NCBI GenBank assembly: GCA_951406725.2
Contig: OX597823.1
Coordinates: 95,976,001-96,040,000 of the forward strand
Direction: 5' to 3'
Source: Octopus vulgaris
Lineage: Eukaryota
DNA length: 64,000 nucleotides
Part shown: positions 51,616 through 64,000 of the stretch, one piece after another
Layout of the letters: each line of letters begins with the position of its first letter
How positions within the stretch are numbered: the stretch's first letter is position 1
Program-made: the position numbers and the translations under genes
Notes under the pieces: model-generated
What the model saw: the letters and a program-made list of their open reading frames with translations, nothing else
Database searches by the model: none
What the model was told of the DNA's origin: nothing

Positions 51616-52983
51616 ATTATTATTATTATTATTATTCTCTACTAGAGCCTCTGTGAGAATTAGCTTATTAGTCTATCTTCCTTTTGTTAGATGTGTTAGT
51701 CTGCATCAGTTCTGTTAGAAGTGATGGTCAATGTGTAGAAGGCAGAGAGAGTTCTGCTGCTTTCAACTCATAATGCAATGGGCTGATAACCTGCTGGGTG
51801 TGAGAAAAGTTTTGCAAACCTATTTGGGAAAGTCCCTACTGTAGAGATAAGGCCAGGCAGAAGCTGTTAGGTCATATTTAAGACTATTTAATTTCATAGT
51901 TGAGATTATGCATGGTACAACTCCTGTTAGCATAGGCCCCGTCTCCTTATGAGGATTTAAAAATAATAATAATGCTGAAATATATAAATTGAATGAAAAC
52001 TTATGACACTCAGCATTTCAGAAACGATTAAGATTTGGTGCATAACTTCTTCATAAAATGTTGTTGATTTGGCATGTACAAGTCCCTGTAGTTTTATTCT
52101 TGGTCCGGTTATTGTTTGATCACTTGTCTTAGTAGAATGATTGATGTGGTGTCTTTCCATTAGTTGTATGCCATAACACACTGTCACAATAATGTCGTTC
52201 TGTAACAGCAGCAGGCCTGCTTCAAAACGAGGAAACTGGGATTTGTTGTTACAACAGCTAAACTATTACTCTGGTAGGGTTTTACAAACAACTATCCTGA
52301 CAAGAACCATTAATGGTAACAATGTCAACTGGTTGTAATTAATTCTTAGACTGTAGAAAAACATGAAGATAGTTTTAAAACAAGAATTCATAGTTTGTAT
52401 AATATCTGTTAACGAGATGGGAATTAGCAGACCTTTCTGGATAGTGTAATAAAACAACAAGGATGTACAATAAAAGTGCTGTATGTGTTACCTTATTAAA
52501 TTTATATTTTCATCTAACCCTTTCATGGCCATGTTTTACTGAAATACATGATAGTCTTATTAATTAAGACTTGTATGACATAATTCACTGTTCTTTGGGA
52601 ATTTCATGCTTATAAATGAACGTGCCTGTATGTATGTATGTGTCTCTGGATGTGCACCATTATTGGGCAAGTATTTCTTGACTGTATACCTGTTTGACTT
52701 ATGCAAAAGACAAAGAAGTCTTGGATGAAGTTTTAATCCCAAAATGGTTGATTTTTTTCTATCACAAAACCAGCAACAGCCTTAGACATTTTGGTATATG
52801 TTTCACTAGGGCTGATGTAATCAATTGACTCCCGCCCACTTTGCCAAAGTCTGGGATCATCATCATCATTATTATTATTATTATTATTTGTTTTTTTTTT
52901 CCTCTTTGCTAATCAAGTTTTTGAAAGTTTCAGTTGATTCATGGCCTTCATTTTAAAACTTTTATTCTTATTTTTCCAAACAG

Positions 52984-53063
52984 AAAAGGAAAATGCTCGG
53001 TGATGCAACATCTACCCAGGTTCTTAGAGATTTAGAAATATCTCTTCGGACAAACCACATAGA
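52984..53063 (+). CDS. FMNL: FMNL/Frl exon: [26 protein letters not shown](E)
   Basis: T-rich tract + ACAG acceptor (ends 52983) and GA|GTAAGT donor (53064); 80 nt, phase 0/2. [17 protein letters not shown] is the FMNL hallmark. Confidence 0.96.
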
Positions 53064-53254
53064 GTAAGTATAATTTTGGATATTTTCCTTCTATGCTTGC
53101 ATGTTGAAAGATTGTGAGACAAATGAAAGCTATTAGAATAGCTGTGAGCAACCTCAGAGAAGATAGTCATTTTATTTCTGTTGGATTGGGGGAGAATTTG
53201 GCATTTATAAGGGCAGGGCAATGACAGCATTGTCATCATCATCATCCCTCCCTC

Positions 53255-53430
53255 CATCCATTTTCCACACTGGCATGGGTTGGACAGTTTGACAGGAGCT
53301 GTCAAGCCAGAAAGCTGCACCGGGCCCCAGTTGTCTTTTTTTGACACGGTTTCTATGTCTGGATGCCCTTCCTAATGCCAATCACTTTACAGAGTGCACT
53401 GCATGCTTTTTTATGTGGTACCAGCAAGGG
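53255..53430 (-). mobile_element. S3 repeat
   Basis: CTGGCATGGGTTGGACAG...CTGGATGCCCTTCCTAATGCC. Confidence 0.75.
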
Positions 53431-55087
53431 TGCATTATAAACGGTGCCAGGCTCTAGCATCTGTATTAATTCTTGAAACTTTTGAAGTCCGTGATTATGG
53501 GGTTCAAATCTGAATTGAATTTTGAATAGCTTTTCATTCTTCGTTTGCATTAAATTATCTCTAGATCTGGTTTTGGGAAAAGGAAGATTTTCGTGTCACA
53601 CAGAATGGATATTTGCTGTAGCAGCTTGCTGGTTGATTTCTTCCTTCTTGAATTTTGTCATGACAACATCCCCCCCATGATTCCTGTGTTAGACAAACAC
53701 CCTCCTCCCTCAAAGAAAGATGTATTTCTCATACTTAATTTGAAGACATCAGTTGTGTTTTGTGTTTGCGATAACCTATCTCGACTGGACTAACAGGACA
53801 ATCGTTGGTTGCTATGTACAGGAGTAAGAATTATTGCGAAAATATTTGAACTCCCAGATAGATCTTCTAGCTGATATCTTTTACTCTGATAAATGATTTA
53901 TGTTAATATATAGGCATCGCTGCATGGCAAAGATGTTCATTTTCCAACTACATGGTCTCAGGTTCAATCCCATTCGGAAGAGTGTCTTCTACTATTGACC
54001 TGTGTCGAGCAAAGCTGTGTGGCTGAATTTGGGAGACAGGAACTGAAAGAAGCCGGTTGTGTGTGTGTGTGTGTTTACACTTCTTTGACTTTGTACGGTG
54101 GTTGTAAATGAGTGTCACTGTTGTACCAATAGTTCTGTTCGTTTCTTAATCTCCATGGAAACATGTTCAGATATGCTAAAGTATTACCTTGCTTGGAAAC
54201 AGATGAGTGTTGGTGACTGGAAGGGCATCCAGGCAATAGAAAATCAGCCTTGACAAATTGCATCTGACCCATGCAAGCATGGCGAGGAAGACATTAAAAC
54301 AATGATGGTGGTGATAATGATAAACATTTTAAGAACACTGGTTCATGTTACCACAAAAGAAAAAAGAATGTGTAATATTTAACGAAAAAGACTTATATGA
54401 AAATCTCTGCAGTTATCCCATTATTGACTAACATATTTTTTCTTAATTTGGCAGTTTAGAGCAAAATCCATTTTCCTGTTGCTAGAAGGAAAAAAAAGCA
54501 TTGAAAAAATACATTATTTTTCTCTCTTTGGCTGATTGAATAAGCCATACCTTTCATACACCCCTGCACCCTAACTTCTCCCATTCTATGTCACAGTTTG
54601 CCAAATATAAAGTCTGAGCTTAGATAAAACAAATACCATCTATGTTTAGCTCTTACCAAAATAGCTATCAAAAGAATGGTAGCTGTTATCTCATTGATGC
54701 TTGTGTTGTTAATTATAGTTGTAATCTTGGCTGCTTCACAGAGATTTCGTTTCTCCCCCCTCCTCTCTTTCCTTCCCCTCTCCCTTTCTTTCCTGCCGTC
54801 CCATCTCCTGATCATTATCTTGAACTGGCAAACAAGTGAAGAACTCTTGGAGAACAAATTCAACAACCATGGCTCTTTTATCCTGTAATGTTATCTCTGA
54901 CACTTAAAATTGAATCTTCATCACATAAAATTTCATATAAGCAAGAACATTGGGATTAAATACCTTTTTGTTTTCAAATTTAATTTTATTTAACCGCACC
55001 CCCTCTCTCTCAGGTCACAGGTTCAGTATGAACCAGGTTTTTATGCTGAATAATGGTAACACAATTTTCTAAAAGCCAATAAACATA

Positions 55088-55460
55088 AGCACAGGTGTAG
55101 CTGTGTGACATAAAGTTTGTTTCTCAAACTACATGGTTCTGGGTTCAGTCCCACTGTGTGGTACCTTGGACAAGTGTATCCTAATCAAGTTTTTGAAAGT
55201 TTCAGTTGATTCAGTGCCTTGTGAGTGGATATGGTAGATGGAAACTGAAAGAAGCCTGCTATGTATATGTCTGTGTTTGTCCCCCAGTGTTGGTGTGTTT
55301 ACATCCCTGTAACTTAGCAGTTTGACAAAAGAAACTGATAGCATCAGTATCGGGCTGAAAAATAAGCTCTGGAGTTAATTGATTTGACTAGAAAATTTTA
55401 AAGGCAGTGCCCCAGCATGGCCACAGTCAAATGACTGAAATGAGTGAAAAATAAAAGAAG
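55088..55460 (+). mobile_element. S1 SINE containing a foreign 33-bp patch at 55181-55213
   Basis: GGGTTCAGTCCC, CCTTGGACAAGTGT, then non-consensus patch, then GCCTTGTGAGTGG...CCAGCATGGCCACAGTCAAATGACTGAAA. Confidence 0.85.
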
Positions 55461-55973
55461 CTTTCTATTGTTTATTATTTAAAACCTGACCGCAAACATA
55501 TAATTGTGTGATATCTTAGGTAAGACACATTACTGTGTCTGCCTCAGTTTGCTAGGCTGACAGCAGGTAAAATCCCTTGTTCACAGTTGAGATCTACATC
55601 TAGAATGCAACAGCAGCATGGAAAGTTTAAACTTCCAAACCATCCTGTTGAAGGAAATGGATGTAAGTCACTAAAGATGGAATGATAAAAACTTGTGATT
55701 AGTCGAGGAGTTCCCTTCATCAGGTTCTTAAACCTTCTCTTCCTCCATCCTCTTAGCTTTGCTCTTTGTCGTAAATATTTACTAAACAATATAATTCTTT
55801 ACCCTTCTTTGTCGGGTGGGATTGTTCTCATATGTTAGCATGTTGTTCCTGTTTTTGTGAATGGGTGTCCCCTCTTTTTTTGGATGTTAAACAATTCCCT
55901 GTGTAACCCATATCTGATCACGGACTGAGTCATGTTTGAAGAAGAAATTGTAACTTGAAGATTTTGACTTTTC

Positions 55974-56195
55974 AAACAACAACAACAACAACAACCACCA
56001 CAACAACAACAACAACCACAACAACAACAACCACACACACACACACACACAACCACACACACACACACAACCACACACACACACACAACCACACACACAC
56101 ACAACCACACACACACACACAACCACCACACACACACAACCACCACACACACACAACCACACAACCACACACACACACAACCACACACACACACA
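55974..56195 (+). repeat. Compound (CAA)n / (CA)n-AAC low-complexity tract
   Basis: Direct reading; explains the Cys/Val- and Thr/His-rich spurious ORFs. Confidence 0.95.
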
Positions 56196-56424
56196 CCTCT
56201 CTCTCATCCTGCAAGTACAATTCCATGTGATAGAATGGTGTACAGAATATATCATGATATCAATCAGACTATTGGATGTGGCCATACATCACTGGTCACA
56301 ATGCACTTTATTGTTTTAGCTTTCAACTGAGCCACCCTGCTAGCTAGATAAGCAGGCCAACATCTGCTCCTGATCAGAAGGCTGGTCCATTGCAAGCTTA
56401 TGTTACCCATGTACATTGCAGGGT

Positions 56425-56797
56425 GGACTGGTGCTCAAATCAACAAAGCAATGGTAAAGGGTAAGGCTCTGTTCAATGCACTTTTCCTGAAATTGTCTGA
56501 TAGTAAAAATACAATCAGCTGTGGCCCTGGAGAGGCAAAAACCTCATTGAGACTAAGACACCATATTTGGAACTATGAACGTATTTGAACGTTCTAACGG
56601 AATGTAGGCAAGTCCCTTTCCAATTACAGGCATGAGTGAAATCTCATGAAAATTACCACACAGATCTTTTGGCCCCGATTTATGCCAAGAGACTAAAATC
56701 GCATTAATCCAGTCTTGAGCACTTTTTTCAGTTCTCCAACAGTGACAGATTGATATATTTAAGAGTTCAAACATTTTGTCACCCCCATATTTCAAGA
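56425..56797 (-). mobile_element. RTE (BovB-like) reverse-transcriptase fragment
   Basis: KYGG...CW...DWINAILVS...CGNFHEISL...GK; then SQ*GF...CIFTIRQFQEKCIEQ...CFVDL, typical RTE RT motifs with stops. Confidence 0.8.
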
Positions 56798-56852
<55 letters not shown>

Positions 56853-58714
56853 TAACCCCCCTTATGTACTGTTACTTACCAGCTCCTCCCCTTTCCCCTA
56901 TTTTCTTTTACCTCCTCTCTCCTCATCAAATCTAGAGATTCACCATTGATCCCACTCTCACCTGTGTTCATGATTCACAGCATTCCCTTCTGCCTCTCCA
57001 TTCCACTGTTCCTGACCTTCTGCCCCCTTCTCCCTTGCTTACACCTTCCTTCATCTTGAGGCTATGCTCTGACACCCTGTCACAACCACCTTTTTCTTTC
57101 TTTCCACCTAGGGTAGCCATTCTCTCTCTTCTACAGCAAGGCATGTGTTTCTGTGACTCTGTTAACACTTTAGATTCTCAACAACTGGCATGAAGTCACC
57201 TCCTTCTCTACTTCACCCCCCCCCTCAATTGAGACCGGTTGTCTGGAAGTTATAAGGTGACATCACTAGTGCCATGAAAACAGCATCAAGTACACTCTGT
57301 AAAGTGGTTGGTTTTAGGGTTAGGGCGTCCACCTATAGAAAACAAACTTTAGAGCTCATTGCAATGTTCTGGCCCATCAGATCCTGTTAAACTGACCAAT
57401 CCTTGTCAGCTTGGAAAGGAGACACATTACAAAGATGTTTTTATAAGATCCAGTAACTGAAATATGAAGTAGGAGTTGCTCCTATTTTACAGTTGATAAG
57501 ACTGAGGCAAACACTATAAGAAGCTCTTACCTTGGACTACATAAACCAAGTTTGAATTGGTGACTTTGGAGTTGGTTGTTTAAAAATCTTAACCCCCTCA
57601 ACCAAGGACCAGAAACTACTTCATTATTGGATAAACAGATGTTTATGGTCATTAGAAGGTTGATAAAGATTGTCTTGATTTTTCAAGATTTCTTGTGAGA
57701 ACTCTTTCTCATGGCTACAAGCATTATATAATACCTATCTCTCAGTGAATCTTTAAACCATTTCATTATTCTCTTCTTGCTATATTGGTCTGGGTCTCGG
57801 TGCTTTTTATCAAGTTGAGCAAAAGAAATGCTTTGTTCTGTAGTTGGAATTCATGTCATGATATACCTTTTGATAAATTGGTGCCGGTAATGTCGGGCCG
57901 TAATAGCTTCATGTTGGAATTCTGCTTCAGTAAATTGTGTGAAGTTCTGTTATTCATATTCTACATTCTTGCTCCTCATAAATCATCTACAGCTGTGTGT
58001 GTGTGTGTGTGATTAGGGTACAATGTTTTATTATGTGTGCTAAGTGGTAAGCTGGCAGAATTGTTAGAGTATAAAGCCAGAAGAAATATCACTCAGCATT
58101 TTTTCAGATACACTAAGTTCAAATTCCACTGAGGTCCTACTTTCCCTTTTGTAGCTGATAAAATAAGTACCAACAGAGTATTGGGGGTTGATGTAATTCA
58201 CCCCCCCCCTCCTCAATTCTCCTTAAATTTGCTGGTCTTGTACCAAAATTTGAAATCTTTACGTGTTTTGTTTGCCGAAAGGAACTGAAATTTCAAGTAG
58301 TTTAGGTTCAACCTTTGCCATTTTCATTCTGTAACAGTAAATATGGGGTTGCGAGGTTTGTGAGGAATGTGTTACGATTTTGCTTTGAAGAAAAGGCATA
58401 TTTGTAATACCTTCCACAGATTACATCACAAAGATTAACTTTCTTCTTTTGGAGCAGAAAATACTTTTAACCTTCAGCAAATTTTAATCCTCTACAAATC
58501 TCCAGGGGGAAACCTACATTTGGGGGCACAGATGCTTCCACATCTGGGATGATGCAGATACCTTACACTGCATTTTGAGAAAGGTCACTCGACTGATTTA
58601 TGTAAAGCCATTCACCAAAAACGCTGCTTCATTCCTTTATTGTTAGAATGGTTTATGGAGATTGTTGTTATTAACAAATTCCATTTGAAAATATCATCAT
58701 CATCATCACCTTCA

Positions 58715-58926
58715 AGGCAGCAAGCTAGCAGAAGCGTTAGCATGCTGGGCAAAGTGCTTAGCAGTATTTCACCAGTCATTGCATTCTGAGTTCAAATTCT
58801 GCCAAGGTTGACTTTGCATTTCATCCTTTCAGGGTCGATAAAATAAGTACCAGTTGAGTACCAGGGTCAATGTAATTGACTTCCCCATCCCCCCAGAATT
58901 TCAGACCTTGTCACTAATAGAAAGGA
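58715..58926 (+). mobile_element. S2 SINE, full length (degenerate copy also at ~58043-58258)
   Basis: AAGGCAGCAAGCTAGCAGAAGCGTTAGC, GAGTTCAAATTC, TTTCATCCTTTCAGGGTCGATAAAATAAGTACCAG. Confidence 0.85.
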
Positions 58927-59710
58927 TCATCATCAAGTACCACTTACCAGCATTGTTTCTATGGCTGGATGCTCTCCCTAATGCCAGCCACTTTACAGAG
59001 TGTACCAGGTGCTTTTTATGTACCTTTTTCTTTCATGGTGCCAGTGCCAATGCTTTTTGTGTGGCACCAGTATCAGTGCTCTTGACATGGAACCAGCACT
59101 TAGGCTTTCTGTGTCATTATTAATCTGGTTTTTGAAACATAAATTATTATGGAATGTTAGAAGTTTGTTTTACTTTAGATCTCTTTAAATTAGTGACTAT
59201 CATAGTCACAGTGCGGTGTGTGTGTGTGTGTCTCTTAGGCAGGTTGTTATCAAACGGGTTAAATATGTTAACATTTAACTTAGCCATTTTATTGCCTAGC
59301 TTCAATTTGAAGTTTCATGTTTTGGTTAAAAGAGGCCCCTTTGTTAAAAGCAAGCTTTCCAAATACAGAAAGCTATCCTAATTATGAAGAGAGTTTAGTA
59401 AAAACTGATTTTCTGAAAACGCAATGTTGTTTTAATTAGAGTAACAAAAATGGGAAAGTAATTTATACCAGGATGAATAATTGTAAGAAAAGTACCTAAT
59501 GGGTCGTTTGGAATAGTGATAAAATATTTGTTTTCCCTCCTTTTTTTAAGTCCCCTTTTGTTTCTGGTCTGAATGAAGTCTAAGTTGTTTCCCCCCATCT
59601 TAGCAGTATAATTGTTCCATTTAATTAATAACAGAATCAAGGGAAGAACATATCAAAGTCTACTCAAAATGTGTCTCAGTCATTAGATATTAGCTGTACT
59701 AACCATTCTA

Positions 59711-60061
59711 CAGGGTGATTCAAAAGTTGCCATGCATAGAAAGAATTTATAAGAACAGTTTTTTCTTTTATTTAACAGGCTCTGTATAGTTATCATTGTT
59801 TTGAATACACATTTCAATGCGTTTAACCCCACTCATTGTGGACTCGTAACAGCACATCTGGTGATACGTGTGCAAATGAGTTGGTGACGTGTTCCTTCAA
59901 ATGATTTGTTTTTTTTTCCTGCGATACACCATGCCTTTCAAATGCCCCAAAGATAGAAATCAAGAGGGGTCAGATCAGGGATGTAGGGGATCTTATAAAC
60001 TGTCTCTTATGAAAAAAAAAAATTTTTTTTTCCTATGTATGGAGACTTTTGAATCACCCTG
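59711..60061 (-). mobile_element. Internally deleted Tc1/mariner-superfamily element (maT/rosa-like)
   Basis: ~30-bp TIRs CAGGGTGATTCAAAAGT..CCAT.CATAG with TA on the left. The interior encodes PDLTPLDFYLWG and KRIEMCIQ on the - strand. Confidence 0.82.
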
Positions 60062-60419
60062 AGTTCTATGGAACTGGGACATCTAGTCAAGTTGTTCCAC
60101 CTTTGACAATAACAAATAATGACAATAACAATTTCTACTGCTAACTTTAAAGTCCAGATGTATTGTACATTACACACACACACATATCATATATTACATA
60201 ATACATCTCTCACTCTCTCTCTCTCTCTCCCTCTCATATATTATAGTGAGGCAAGTATTATTAAGCATTGTAAATGTGTGATTGACATTGATGTTTTTCC
60301 CAACATAAGTGGAACAATTCCAACTAACAATTAAAATCTGAGTCATGGACTTACTCTGCCGAGGGAGTTACCATGGCACTGATACTACAACACTCACCAC
60401 TTAACTCTGATGTCATAAT

Positions 60420-60633
60420 GGTTTTAAATTTTGACACAAGGCCAGCAATTTCGGGCGAGGGGGCTTGGTTGATTACTTTGACCCCAGTATTTAACTGGTT
60501 CTTATTTTATCGACCTCAAAATGATGAAGGCTAAGTTGACCTTGGTGGAATTTGAACTTTGAATGTAAAGAAGGACAAAATGCTGCTAACCATTTTGCCC
60601 AGCATGCTAATGATTCTGCCGACTCGCTGCCTT
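60420..60633 (-). mobile_element. S2 SINE
   Basis: Reverse AAGGCAGCGAGTCGGCAGAATCATTAGC head and GTTCAAATTCC B-box. Confidence 0.8.
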
Positions 60634-61908
60634 TAATTCTGATGTAATGATAATAATAAAAATAAAAATATCGGTGGGGGTAGTGTGGGGGTGGGGTACT
60701 AATAGTAATGACTTGTAGGCACAACTCAACAAATTTAGAAAGAAAGTCCCATTCAGTCATACCGACTCCACCCTTTTCGTATTTTATAAACCATGGAAGG
60801 AAGAGTGCAAAGTAGCAGAATGAAGCCAGTTGGGGGTCATGATTTCAAAACTGCAAAATGTGGTAACTATGGCAATGCTGTTGAGTCTGACAATCATCTC
60901 TTTTAATTATATTATTAATTATAAATGAAGTCCTCTAGAAGAGTATAAGTCATGTTAGATTTAGTAGTAAAGTGGGCACTAGCATACTTGACGGATGGAG
61001 TAAATTAAAATGTCTTAGTTGATTAAAATTATACTTTCTACTGATAAAAACAATGTTTCTAAAGGACTAATTCTGTTTTAGGAACACAGGGGAGATAGCC
61101 CTATGAAATTTCAATGAACTCAAATTTGGAGTGCATTGGGGAATCTGATCTATAACAGTATGAGAGATAACTGTAGACATGCTTCAGCCTCATCAGACCT
61201 CATTAGCAGAATATAGTGGAACTGTAACTGCAGATCTAGAAAAGTTTAGAAGATTGCTTTGGACGAAGATGTTTGGAGGAAGGCGGGGGAGGAATACCCA
61301 GGGACACCTGCTGTGTGTAAACTCTATAGTGAAGTGATAGCTAGCATAGATGATTTGGTAAGACAATACATTTTAATTAATTAAAATGAGTCAAGTCTAG
61401 AATGTAGTGGAGGGTTTGTTGCTCAATGAAACAGCTGACAAATGTTCTAAGACCCTGTTGCTATGCACCAAAGTTATGAACACAAAGAGAGAGCAGCTAT
61501 TTAGGATAGGATATCTTTGGCTTACACACAGATGACGACAACGACAACAACAACCGTTTCTTATCAGATAATAATCACTTCACAAATTAGCTTCAAGTGG
61601 AATGAGAAACTGAAATTTCAATTGTGAACGATGATGATGTAATTGCCATACGCTTTGTCTACTTGGCAATTTGATATGTGATTGCTGAGGCACTTAGGGG
61701 ATGTGTGTGTGTGTGTATGTGTGTGTGCGTGTGTAATTCAGAGTTTGCATACAATATATATTTTCCTTCTTTTTCCTCAACTGCTTTCCTGTTTCCTGTG
61801 TGTCGTTTCTTTTAAAACTAATTAAAAATGCTGACTTTGTCTTTGAGTTAAACATTGTCTAAAGACTTTCTTTCACCCCCCCCCCCCTATTCTGTCTCCC
61901 TGTTGCAG

Positions 61909-61914
61909 TGGTTG
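61909..61914 (+). other. Candidate 6-nt microexon of the FMNL gene (TGGTTG)
   Basis: ~43-nt AG-free pyrimidine tract, TGTTGCAG acceptor, GTAAGA donor; frame-preserving length. Unverified. Confidence 0.35.
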
Positions 61915-62284
61915 GTAAGATCAGCTTTTTTTTTTCATTCAGCTCTGGTTGAGCTAAAGTATGCCATAGGTGGGAGGTGAGGGCGGGGGGACAGATTTTA
62001 TTTTAGTTTTCATTTTAAAACTAAGGCGATGACCTTCACCACACAAAAAAAAAAAATGCAGGCTATGTCATTGTTTATTGTTTGTATTACTTATATTGGT
62101 GATGATGATGGTGATGATTGTGTTATGTAAATGTCGACAGTTGTTGCTGGTTTGTGGAAATATTGATGGCAGATGTGTTGCCAACAAAGACGATGATAAT
62201 GTTGCTGTTGTTATGGCTGTTGCTCTCAGATCTAATCCTATCTGCTGTAACAAGACAGATATCCATCTAATCATCATAATCATC

Positions 62285-62450
62285 ATCATCTAATGTCCAT
62301 TTTCCATGCTGGTATGGGTTGGACAGGAGCTGGCCAGCTGGGGAGCTGAAACCAGGCTCCAGCCATCTGTTTTGACTTGGTTTCTATGGCTGGATGCCCT
62401 TCCTAATGCAAACCACTTTACAGGGTGTATTGAGTGCTTTTTATGTAGCA
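62285..62450 (-). mobile_element. S3 repeat
   Basis: TAATGTCCATTTTCCATGCTGGTATGGGTTGG...GGATGCCCTTCCTAATGC. Confidence 0.75.
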
Positions 62451-64000
62451 CAGGTTTGGTGTTATAGCTGTAAAGTCACACCTGTAGGGTTGACTATATT
62501 CCTTCCTGTTATTAACCATTCTTGTGGCCATTCAAGACTTGGATGCTATGAAGAGAAAGTTTTAATCTGCAAGCTTAAGTGAATGTTTAGAATTTCTCTA
62601 ATCTAAAACGGTAGAATTCATAGATACTGCTGCTGTGTCATCATCATCATAGCTTGAAGAATCTGTTTTGACCCAGGTCAACTGTCACAGAAGAGGTCTG
62701 TGGCTGAGGGTATTTCAACCATGGCCTTCTCAACATTATTTGTTGATAAAGTATATCTAGAGGTCCATTATTCAATGTGTCTGTTTTATATGTTGTGGTG
62801 AAGTATGATTTAAAGGGAAAGTTGTTTCTAGCGATGGAGCAACATCTAGAAACTTCTACATTGGTTTGTTTGTTGGGATGTATCGCATTCAATGGTTTGG
62901 TCTGCAAGAAGGAACTGTAATTATTGCCTCCACATCCCCTCTGAGACCATTCATGCCGTTAGTGTTTCTCTTGAATAACTCTCAGTAAAATATGAAGAGG
63001 GAAAGTGAAGTGTTCAGTATGTGTGGTGGGGAGGAGTCAGCATGGGTAACAAGAGTATCTGAATGGAGAGGGACATCAGAGCAACCAGCTTTGATGTGTA
63101 GAGACTATTGTAGTAGAAAAGATAGGAGATGGAGGAGACACAGCAGTGGAAAGGGGAAGTTTTAGAAGGGATGTACATAATGTGTGTGGGTAGAGGTGGA
63201 TGTAAAACTTGTAGCAAATGTTTTTTGATCTTGAAGCATATTGAAAGAAAAAAAATATATATATATATATATATATATATTCAGCTTTTCTTTGATGTTC
63301 TCTAATACTTGTGGAACTTTTGCCTTAGACATATTGATTTAGTGTTTAAAGGTGTTCATTTTAGGTTTCATCATTTGTCAAATCTAAACACCAGACAAGG
63401 TAACCTCACTAGTACTGGTGCCACATAAAAATCACCCAGTACACTCTGTTAATAAGTGGTCGGTGTTACAAAGGGTATTTGACTGTAGAAGCCAAATCAA
63501 AAATTACGCCTGGGCCAGATGTGGTTCTCTGGTCCTTTTAGGTGACCACCATCTCCAAATATGCGCTGAACCTGCCTGTGAAGATTTACCTAAGCCAGTT
63601 CAATGTAGAAATTGAATGGAAAACAATAGAGCTGATGATGTCAATTTTTCAATTTGTTTCACTTTGAATTCTGTTCTTGCTTTTTAGAACATTGCTTTTC
63701 TTTGTTATTAATTATCATTTTTATAATGAATTTAATTAAATGATTTATTTATTTAATGCCATTCATATATGAACTTGGAATTGCATCTAGTTGACCTTAT
63801 ATTCTGTTGTTTATTTCATATACGTTTGTTTATATTAATTCTGGAAAAATCATGTCTATCTCTAAATTGGCTGATCCATTAAAAACATTCTGAAACTCCA
63901 CTCGTATTCTTTCAGATAGATTTAGATCTTGTTTATAGTATACTCACACACCAACTTGTAATTTTTAAAAATCACGTTTTAATTAAATCTTGAAAGTCAT

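Noticed and set aside
55835-56285. Cys/Val-rich and Thr/His-rich ORFs (metallothionein- or mucin-like)
   Set aside because: Translations of (CA)n/(CAA)n microsatellite.
56250-56797. RTE fragment as the LINE partner of the 47808 SINE (shared tail adjacent)
   Set aside because: The RT stops at FVDL and is joined to a CORE-like SINE middle, so the tail belongs to a separate SINE fragment; adjacency is not evidence.
61172-61210. Third hammerhead-like motif on - strand (CTAATGA...GAAGCATGTC)
   Set aside because: Both catalytic boxes are mutated and the stems are poor; cannot be supported.
53064-64000. Next constitutive FMNL exon (expected to begin W-V-x-E-F-L)
   Set aside because: Not found by eye; it presumably lies beyond the window end.

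Overview
Eukaryotic, AT-rich, repeat-dense animal DNA. The SINE/LINE repertoire looks like Octopus (coleoid cephalopod); this is pattern recognition, not a database result. The window lies almost entirely within introns of one + strand gene, a formin-like (FMNL/Frl) gene. Three short coding exons of its N-terminal GTPase-binding domain are visible: 707-790, 24906-25007 and 52984-53063. They are separated by ~24 kb and ~28 kb introns; the gene continues beyond both window edges. The rest is transposon-derived: two copies of a DD34D mariner, TTAA/piggyBac-type and other MITEs, a Helitron-like element, RTE, CR1/L2-like and Dong/R4 LINE fragments, Penelope-like repeats with decayed hammerhead-like cores, many SINEs, and microsatellites. 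Almost all ORF-track entries are spurious. I find no evidence for a new multi-gene system. The best leads are RNA-processing signals: a candidate 6-nt microexon (61909-61914), tandem 5' splice sites on the second exon, inverted repeats bracketing that exon, intronic hairpins, and an exact 33-bp copy of the sequence upstream of the third exon's acceptor sitting inside a SINE. Repeat boundaries are approximate unless a TIR or TSD is quoted.
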